DNA of 64,000 bases from Antedon mediterranea (Eukaryota; Animalia; Echinodermata). Location of the stretch: the NCBI RefSeq assembly GCF_964355755.1, contig NC_092671.1, positions 124,001-188,000 of the forward strand, in the 5' to 3' direction. The notes under the pieces were generated by a model. The model was not told the DNA's origin, searched no databases, and saw only the letters and a list, made by a program, of their open reading frames with translations. The position numbers and the translations under genes are program-made. Positions 54,559 through 64,000 of this stretch are shown here, one piece after another; the stretch's first letter is position 1; every line of letters begins with the position of its first letter.

Positions 54559-56529
54559 TATGATTTAGTTCACAGTTTGGGTATCTTGTCTTTTTGAAAT
54601 ATTTGTTCTTTCTATAAATGTTGTTAAATAAATATAATGAAAATATCAGTTTTTGTTTATGAGATCATAGGCACGCTTAACCAACAGGAACTGCTTTTAT
54701 TAGGAATTTTGTTTCATGTCAGTATAATATTACACCTGAAGCCGTTATCTATGATTTCCAATATGGATTGTTGGTGTACATATACAGACAGGTGTAGGAA
54801 GCCAGTCTCGTGTCAAATAATCTCTGAAGTTGGGCATGTTTTCAGGCGTAGTCCTATTGTTATGTAATGTAAAAACTATATTTTCAAGCTGAATTATATA
54901 TCAGAATATATTTATATCATTCCTACATTATGAAATGTGTACATACACACAAAGATGGGACTGTAAACTTGAAGATGATGAAAGATAATCTCAAAATACA
55001 TTATTATTGGTAATATGTCTCTCAAATAAAATTAACAAAATAAAGAAAACCCATTAAGAAAGTATATCGTATACGCGCGCCAATTTACAAGAATAATCAA
55101 TGCAAAGCGTATAGTTTGCATTTCAGATACAATGTAATATTTAAGATTACAATTTTTAGAATACGAGCAACGAGGAATCGATTTAACTATCAAGTTGATA
55201 TTTGATGCAAAACGATGGAATATAATAAAACCATCAACGGTTTCAGTAATTTTGTCCTGGTACAGTAACTATGCATTGAATCTCACAACTGACAAATTAG
55301 ATGATTAAATTAACCATAAATCAAACCATTAATAATTATGTTCTCTTATATTCGATTAACGAGTAAATTTGTTTGTAGATTCTATTGAATTAAAGTGATT
55401 GTAGGTAACGTTTTTAGAAAGTTTTAAAAATAAGTTACCGACAATATACTCATTCTTATTGTTTGTTTTAAGTAAGTTTGAAGTAAATGTTCTATACTGC
55501 ATCACCCTGCTTAAACATACCCTGATTGGCCGCATATTTAAGATAGAGGAAATAGTTTTATCACGATAAAATTCAAAATATGAATAACATGCAGGTTTTC
55601 CATTGCTGATCAACACCTGTTCTATCCTCAAGAGATAATGTGATCACTATCAAAAGATGAGCTGCAGGGAATAACCTTCAATAAAATCAATTTTAATATC
55701 TCTCATTCACATAACTTTCAAAGAATTAGATTTTTAAAGTATTCAGTTTTGTCCAAATGTAGGTCTACTGAGAAGTACTAATTTGCCCCATTCAAATTAT
55801 TTCTTATTTCTTCAACCGGTTTAGTCTCTAAACTATCTAATTTTCCTTATTCAAAAAGATAAACAATATTTACTCAATTATTACTTCATGTTTTGTTGTT
55901 GCGATTTCAGCGTGAGTGTCCTTAAAAGAGGTAAATATTACCTCATGGACGTCATCTATTGAAATGAACTTAAAGTCACCAATCTTATAGTTAAAAATAA
56001 ACCCGGAGAAATATTTATAGCAATGTTATTACAATTTCAAAATATGATACCAAAAAATACAACTTTTCAGTACCTTGCAATTTTCAATTTCTGAAACATA
56101 AGATAAGACATGAGTATACTAAATAAAAAGAAGCCGCAGGTAATATTTCTAACTAATCACATTCCACGTTTACATTATAAATATCACGAATGTTTTTTTG
56201 TGCCATGTAGATGTGTCGATAAAGAAGTACGTTCAGAGTTTCTAGGAATTTCAAATGTTATATGTACTTTATGGCGGTTTATGATTCACAAAAACATAAA
56301 CAAAGGCACGCTATCATTAGTATAACAACATTAGTGGAAAATGAAATCTTGACTTGGATGTTAGCGATGCATGAATCATTATTCATTATTTGTATCCGTT
56401 GACCATTTTCAAAATGATGTACCGTACTCTAAATAACCCCTCTCTGACCGACTGTGAAAAACGGCATTCTTGTGTTAAACGACGTGCAAAGTACTATTCT
56501 GGTCAATCGGCACACACAGATGAAAAACC

Positions 56530-56735
56530 CTGCGCGTGCCCTTCGTATACCTCGGCACACACAGTATTTGGAAGACATTCGCTTCGTATACCCTCGGCAC
56601 ACACATTATTTGGAAGACATTACGCGTGTGCTTCGTATACCCTCGGCACACACAGTATTTGGAAGACATTACGCGTGCGCTTCGTATACCCTCGGCACAC
56701 ACAGTATTTGGAAGACATTACGCGTGCGCTTTGTA
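56530..56735 (+). repeat. 49-bp minisatellite, about 4 copies
   Basis: Unit CTTCGTATACCCTCGGCACACACAGTATTTGGAAGACATTACGCGTGCG. Confidence 0.9.
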
Positions 56736-58329
56736 TACTATACCCTCCATGAAAGTTATATATCTGCACATTTGACAATTTGCTTCTGGTCAATAAGGCA
56801 CTAAACGTAAAGCGGATGTGTATTTACTTTAGGCGATCAATACCAATGTAATTTAGTTATGGAAACAGTTCGACGCTACACGACTGACACACATTCCTTT
56901 TATCATCTTTGCTTTACAGAATGAAAGGACACATTTTGTGAGTCTCCAGAACGAAACGTTATTTCTCCGCTATGAATAGGCTATAAGTAGGTCACTGAAA
57001 ATATTATAATAAAATTGACCCTTATTTTTTAATATAAAACTGATACAATTTCGTCACGCGAAGACCTGCGTTAATCGCGGCGGCATGATAGGGTATGTTT
57101 TAACCCACGATGTTCAATCTGCATCATGGATGAAACATTGCCAGATGTTTGTCTTTTTTTAGATACAAATTATAATATACATACATACATTTAAAATAAT
57201 TTCACGATTCAGATGTGTTGATCTCACATTGTAAACAAAGAATATAAACATGTATACATACATTCATACATACATAGATCAGATATTGGCCAATTGACCT
57301 TCGAGATCTGGTATTCATTCATCATACCATAATTATTATGGTGCTACTCGACGGATCCAAGAAACTATAAAAATATTAGAAGAAAGGAGAAATTTTATTG
57401 TTTTATTTTGTAATTTACAATAGGTTTGATTTGTGTAGGTGCACATTCAGATTATTAAGAAATAAATGTTTTTTAAATAGAAAACTTACCTCTTGACTAA
57501 CAAGAAAGTTTGTATAATTGTTTAATCCCATAGGCTTATATAATAATTATACGGTGTTTATACACAATTAAGAAAACTCAACATGACTATATCGTGTTGT
57601 GATTCACCGACGCAACCGATACACATAGTACGAACATAATATTAAGCGGATGCCTTCTGGTACCGTTTTGATTAACTTATCAGAATATTATATAGGTTAT
57701 GGGTCCAAACATAATGAACGATTTTCCAGGAATAACCTAGGGAAGTGTAATCTGGAACAGAACCCGTTTTGAATGTCACAATAAAAGCCCATAATTTGGT
57801 TATTCAGAACACGCAATTTATACCCTTTTAAACGTATTATTCATAGTTCTTAACAGTAACTTATGGATATAAATTTCATTCATTCATTCATTCATTTATT
57901 TAAAATCAAAATATATAGTGTCATTATAATCCGTTAAAAAGTTTTAGAGAACGTCAATGATAGCATTGATAACATACTAGTCCTTTAAAATGTATACATT
58001 ATAAACTGAATCCCGCCCTCTTGACTACTATTTAACGTCTACTTGTATAGAGGGCGCAATAACACTTTTTGTAAAAACTCACTTGATTGTACTTGTACTG
58101 TATTTTGTATTACATTTTATTTGTATTGCATCAATAGTATTTCGTTTTTCAAATAAATAGTCAACGTTACAACGTCCACCCTGATCAAAATAGTGATACC
58201 TCTCTTGTTAGGTATGCTACAATAATGTTGTTTCAAAGGCTAAAATGTAGAGACAGCTTCATATTTGGAATGTTACTAATGCTTTTGTATTATTATGTCT
58301 GTATCTTTGTATTATTGCTTTATTTTTGT

Positions 58330-58760
58330 ATTTTATTCTACACAGATGATGATATTGAGAGAATTGTGTTAAGTTTTTTTTATTTTGTATATTATATATT
58401 TTCTTTTTGTTTATGCTATAAAACATTTCTGTCTTTTATTCTACGCAGATGATGATATTGAGAGAATTGTGTGTTAAGTTTTTTTCTTGTGTATATTATA
58501 TATTTTCTTTTTGTTTATGCTATAAAACATTTCTGTCTTTTATTCTACGCAGATGATGATATTGAGAGAATTGTGTGTTAAGTTTTTTTCTTGTGTATAT
58601 TATATATTTTCTTTTTGTTTATGCTATAAAACATTTCTGTCTTTTATTCTACGCAGATGATGATATTGAGAGAATTGTGTTTTAAGTTTTTTTCTTTTGT
58701 ATATTATGTATTTTCTTTGGTGTTATGCTGAAATAAAAGATTATTGATTGATTTATTGAT
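58330..58760 (+). repeat. ~104-bp tandem repeat x4, probably an amplified LINE 3' UTR
   Basis: GATGATGATATTGAGAG recurs at ~58345, 58448, 58552 and 58656; ends in AATAAA plus a (TTGA)n-like tail. Confidence 0.8.
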
Positions 58761-58761
58761 T

Positions 58762-59920
58762 GTTATATAACACCTAAATAAATTCCTGTCATTTGATTGG
58801 ACGATTGTGGGTCACATGGCGTGCAATAGTACGCACTATTAAACGATCGTTTAATAGTACTTTTTTGAAACATTTTTGTGTACGTCTCGCGGATGAAAAA
58901 AAATCTAGTACACAAATTATCCTATGATATGGCTCTGTACTGTGAAATACAACAGCGCCACCTGTCGTCTGGCCTCAGTTTCGTTTTTCTTTTAAACATT
59001 TGTGTACGAAAAAAAAAACGTTTCGCGGATGAAAAAAAATCTAGTACACAAATTACCCTATGATATGGCTCTGTACTGTGAAATACAACAGCGCCACTTG
59101 TCGTCTGGCCTCAGTTTCGTTTTTCTTTTAAACATTTGTGTACGAAAAAAAAAACGTTTCGCGGATGAAAAAAAATCTAGTACACAAATTACCCTATGAT
59201 ATGGCTCTGTACTGTGAAATACTCAGTTTCATTTGTAAACACCAGATTGCGAGATATGCAACAGCAGCAGATATGTGTGTATGATTTGGACATTATGTAC
59301 TAATTTCATTCAAAAAGGCATTTAAATTAGCTTTAGATCGTTTTTAGGATTTTGATTAATTAATGGGGACATCCCTACAAGACGTGGAATTGTTGGAAAA
59401 ACCATAATTAGCTTAGATAAGTTCCAATTGTCTGTCGAAGTTTTGCCTTTCAGCCAAGCTAGTACTAGGCTACTAGGTCTAGCATAGGCCATGCTAGTAT
59501 TAGGCTAGGCCTAGCCTAGGCGTTTTAGCCTTGCTAGGCCTAGGATTGTTTGGTCGTTTGTTGACATAATTAACACAAAATTAGGTGTGTTTACGAAATC
59601 CATATAAATATAACATTTAATATAAAATTATTAAAAACCAAATGTTACTGTTTTTAATCAATGTGAATGAAATGTAGTAGGCTAGGGCTACCTTTTATTT
59701 GATTCAAATGACAAGAATTTATTTAGATGTTATATATGTTATATAAAACAAATAATGAATATTTTGTATTCGTGTAATGGTACAAATAATGGCACGAGGT
59801 GAATGATGAAAGGTTATATTTCAACTCGGCTCATCGCCTCGTTGAAATATAACCTTTCATCATTCACCTCGTGCCATTATTTGTACCATTACACTCATAA
59901 ACATTCATTATTTGTATAAT
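58762..59920. mobile_element. Crypton-like non-autonomous element with internal 136-bp tandem repeat and terminal hairpin
   Basis: 136-bp units at ~58888, 59024 and 59160; perfect 54-bp inverted arms 59772-59825 / 59841-59894 with a 15-nt loop. Family assignment is from recalled structural resemblance only. Confidence 0.55.
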
Positions 59921-61509
59921 ATTTACGTATAATAGATAATTATACAAGTCAAAGATGCTCTCCAGGTGGTGGAATAGCATCCTCAGATATGATAGAGCTT
60001 CTTTTGTACTATAGTATAGTGGTATACGGCAGCCACTACTTTTTTTTTCTTAATTTAGTTAATTTATAAGTAGGTCTAATTTATGTTATTTTTTCTATGG
60101 ACCAGAGATTACAAAACAAAGAAGATTGAATTGAATTATCGATTTGTAGCTGTATTGTTACTGGTGACCACTGAGTCACTGTATATAATACTTTCTCTAT
60201 TTCTTTCATCATTATACAAACTACATGTTAGATATTATAATATAACCTAAATAATAGGCACAATCATGGAATATTAAGAAGAGTGGAATCACAATTGTAT
60301 TTCGTTTTCAATATACCGGGGTACACTGAAGTTATAGTTTTTTTAGTAGGCCTATGTGCGAACCTCACTGAAATAGTGTGTGTTAGCTATGCAACCACCA
60401 GCGTTATTAAAACAGATTAAAGCACTCCACCAGTAATGAATTACGTCATCGAAATCACTGTCCAGTGTTGTTTGAAGGCTGTTTATTGTACAGTACTATC
60501 TCCTTCAAAAACATAAGTTTTCGGTTCCCTGGAGTAAGGTTATGGTGTTTAAATATTCCATTGTATTTAGACAATTGTCAAGGTGAGTTTTATTTGTACA
60601 CTGATTGTGTAGACATTTATGAGAAGGCTTCATACCGATAATATGCATTGCTGTAAATATTATGGGTTGTAAAGCGAATAGTTGAAATCATAAAACCCAT
60701 AACAATGCGGCTAATGACAAAGGCACTAATCATCCTCGCCGCATGATATAGGCCTAAAGGAGGAGTCATCAGGACAAGGTAAGCAGCGCCATTTTTTTTT
60801 TTTTTTTTTTTTATTATGGTTTAAAAACAACTTCCACACCAGCAGCAAAAGCTGAAAAGGATGGATTACAATACAAATTATTCCATCAAAATACAAATAT
60901 GAAGAACACAATGCATCCGTGGCTGGTACAATTCTTACTAACTGTACGTGTGGTGTGAACTCGATTCTTTTTTAAACTGGCAGTCTACAACATCTTTTAT
61001 TTTACATGAGTTTATTAGTGCACGTTACTTTCACAGTATGTCCGTATTTATTACACATGGTTTTTGCTATCAATCAACGTTGAGGGCTCACTGTATAATG
61101 CCACAATGTCAGTTATTTCAGGATTGCTGAGTACTACTGGCTGCTACCCTGCTGGAACGTCCCTCTCTATTGGATTGTTAAGGCATTCATTATCTTCAAT
61201 TGGTCCACAGATGATTTTACATCTATGAGAGAACTATCAATCTAAATTGAGATGCTATTTCTAATTCGTACTTGTTAACTTGGAATTTAATCATAGATCG
61301 GTGTTGTTTTTGCTTCTACCTATTACAGGTTAGTGTCTTGTGCTTCAGGAAATCTATTCATAAAGGCTTTACACTAAATTAATCGGAATACACTTTGGAA
61401 CATACTAAACGCTAAACGGAATTAATACGCTTAAACGGATAAACACAACGTTTACTTTTACTTCATATTTCCTACGCGTAAATTTATGATTTCTACATCT
61501 AAATTGAAA

Positions 61510-62215
61510 ATGGATGTATATATTATCATATTGCTGATAGGCCTACCATCCGTAATGGCCACGGACATTCGAATAGGTGTTATCGCTCCTAATTCAACCA
61601 ACTTCCCGTACTCGTTAAGGAACGTGATACCTGCTATCGACATGGCTACTAAAAGTATGGAAAAGTATTTACCAGGATATAATGTTACTATTTTCAGTGA
61701 AGATTCTGCTTGCGATGCCAATGTTGGAGGCATTAAACTAATTGATTTGTACAGTAAAAATATGGATTTATATCTGGGACCTGTGTGCAGTTTGGTATGC
61801 TCTCGTGTTATACCGTTCGTAAACCACTGGAAACGACCATTAATAACACCGGCATGTGATTCCGTGTATTTTAACAACAAAACACAAAATCCGATGATTA
61901 CGCGGAATTACCTCGTTGATACATCAAAGACCATTATGGCAATAGAAGCACTCCTTGATTTCAGAGAGTGGACAAGCATATTTATATTAACACAGACGGA
62001 TCCAAATTTTAACAAACCTCGCATATGTTATACTCTTACAGCGCCAATGTACACTTATTTTACAAATAGTGATGTGTACAATGTAGCCTACGAGCAATTC
62101 CACTACAACTTTATGCAGCCTGGCTTTGAATATACAGATAGCCAAACAAATGAAAGAAGTTTTGGCCAAGATGCTGTCATAAGTGTTTTGGAAATGTTAC
62201 AAAAGAGTGGAAGAA
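61510..62215 (+). CDS. First coding exon B of a natriuretic-peptide-receptor / receptor guanylyl cyclase-like protein (signal peptide + N-terminal ANF-receptor domain)
   Basis: Leader MDVYIIILLIGLPSVMA (an upstream in-frame ATG lies at 61486); motifs IRIGVIAP, PYS..VIPAIDMA, LPGYNVTI..EDSAC, LYLGPVCS, HWKRPLITP, ITR, LLDFREW, ICY, LQKSGR; donor AGAA|GTAAGT after 62215 (phase 1). Confidence 0.92.
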
Positions 62216-64000
62216 GTAAGTTTGATTTGTCTTTTCGTAGTTATCATGCAATATTTGTTGTAATGTCGTGCGATGCGTACTTTATTCCTCTTGTCAATAA
62301 GTTTTAAAGAAAACACGAATGGTTCATTCAATAGCAGTACGTTCACATAGGCCTAATTGTATTTTCATGACGTAACGATTAATCCTGTCTGGGTCTGGTG
62401 CGTAGGGCGGGCGGTGAATACGATAGGTTACTTCAATCTATTTGATACAAATAAGAGGGGACATACGTTATTAAAGACTTTTGAGTGAGTCACTAGCATA
62501 ATTGAACAATTTTGATTCCACATTCACTAAAATATTTGTGAGTATTATCCTTGGGAAATAGTAATGTAATGCCATTTAACAAGTGATCGTACGTTAGTTT
62601 TGAGTGACGTATACAAGTATCGTACATCACAGGTTAAGTGCCCTATTTGAGTACCCGTAGACATTTGAACATCCCAACAAATTGGATAATATTGTCATGT
62701 TGACGGTGCGCGAGTTGTTTGTTTGGATGAAATGGTGAAATTGTGTTAATTGTTGGAATATAACTATGGAATAAAATATATTTACTCATTCTTGCAAATC
62801 AAGTTATAAACCCCGATTTCTAGACACGCTCTAGCAATCTCTAATTTTTTTTAAATACCGAAATCTAAAATCAAAACACTATTTCTTCGTCATGCATCAT
62901 GTATTTTACTGTATATATATATACAATATAGAGATGTTGAACATGGTTAGTAGTAGGCCTACATGAATAAAGATCACCATGTAAACACAGAAAATGTATG
63001 TTTACAGTAACGGTTAATTCGGTTGATATTGTAGTAGCCTATATTTACTGATTACTGTACGGACATTTCGGACGCTAACAATAATTGTACAGTATTAATC
63101 TAATTATATTGGTTTAAATTAGACCTAAGTTTAACCCATGTTGTGTGAATAGTATAATCCAACAATATTATCATTCTAAATAATCCCACCTCTTGCCACT
63201 ATTCTCCAGTTATTGTATTTTCTCGTTAGTATTCCAGTCGGCGTTGTGAAACGCCATGAGTGCCAAATACTTTTTACCAACCCTAGCAGGCAGTCTGGTA
63301 TACAAACACAATCAATTTATACTAACCAATTCGATTAAAGGCCAATAAATTGATTAGGTTTTAAATTCGTGCCGTTTTACTGTACGTAAATTGTAGAAGG
63401 CCTACCAATGTGTGAAAGAGGCCATTGGCAACTATTATTTGAGACGCCATTGTCGTTTTAGTATCGAGTACTTTGTTTATGGCAACGATCTTGTCATATC
63501 CATTAATGTGTGTAAAATGTTCCATAAAACACACTTGTGTACCCCAGCCGTGTTCGCTTCCATGTGTCCCTCGATCCATCATCAATATAGATCCGTATAT
63601 ACAGGTAGTTTATACAGTAAAGTGTAATTAAATTTGGAGATCTGATGAGTCGTGTGTGTTTTGTTTATCATTCACCAATGTTCATCTTTGTCATTCATCT
63701 TACTTTACTGTGTTTACATTACCACTGATTATTATATTGCATGTCATTATTTTAGCATCCGTAGATTCACAGTGATTTGTGTTTTTTATAGATAGACACA
63801 AAAAAATAGATGACAAAAAGGATCAGATTTAAGTAAAGCGATAACGTGGGTAAAGTAAGTTCACATTATTAATGTTTCAGTCCATGTTCACGTAGTCATT
63901 ATACATTAGTAGGCTAAAACAACCAGAAGATGTGCTTAGCAAGTCCAGTTGATAGTAACATTCTTGTTGAAGTCATGTCTTTGTTTTATTGTCCAACAGC

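Noticed and set aside
56390-56752. C2H2 zinc-finger hint (HTDEKPCAC)
   Set aside because: Cys/His spacing is wrong and the rest of the ORF is the 49-bp repeat.

Overview
AT-rich, repeat-dense eukaryotic DNA, most likely from a marine invertebrate (deuterostome/echinoderm-like; inferred from the repeat families and gene type). No prokaryotic features. Most of the window is nested transposons (hAT, Academ, Mutator-like, Kolobok, Helentron/HINE, Ginger-like, PIF/Harbinger and pogo MITEs, Crypton-like; Rex1, L2, RTE-X-like and Tx1/L1 LINE fragments; a 5S+tRNA+Deu-type SINE) and about nine unrelated 37-136 bp tandem arrays. The only convincing host coding sequences are two large + strand exons (37510-38188 and 61510-62215). 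Each encodes a signal peptide plus the N-terminal part of an ANF-receptor ligand-binding domain of the natriuretic-peptide-receptor / receptor guanylyl cyclase family. Both end in a phase-1 GTAAGT donor at the same homologous residue, and I found no downstream receptor exons between them. The leading hypothesis is a UGT1A/protocadherin-like cluster of alternative variable first exons spliced to shared constant exons beyond the window; this is unverified. A second signal is the strong over-representation of TAGGCCTA, which at two sites looks like a GGCCTA insertion at a TA (probable transposon excision footprint). All coordinates and counts were read by eye.
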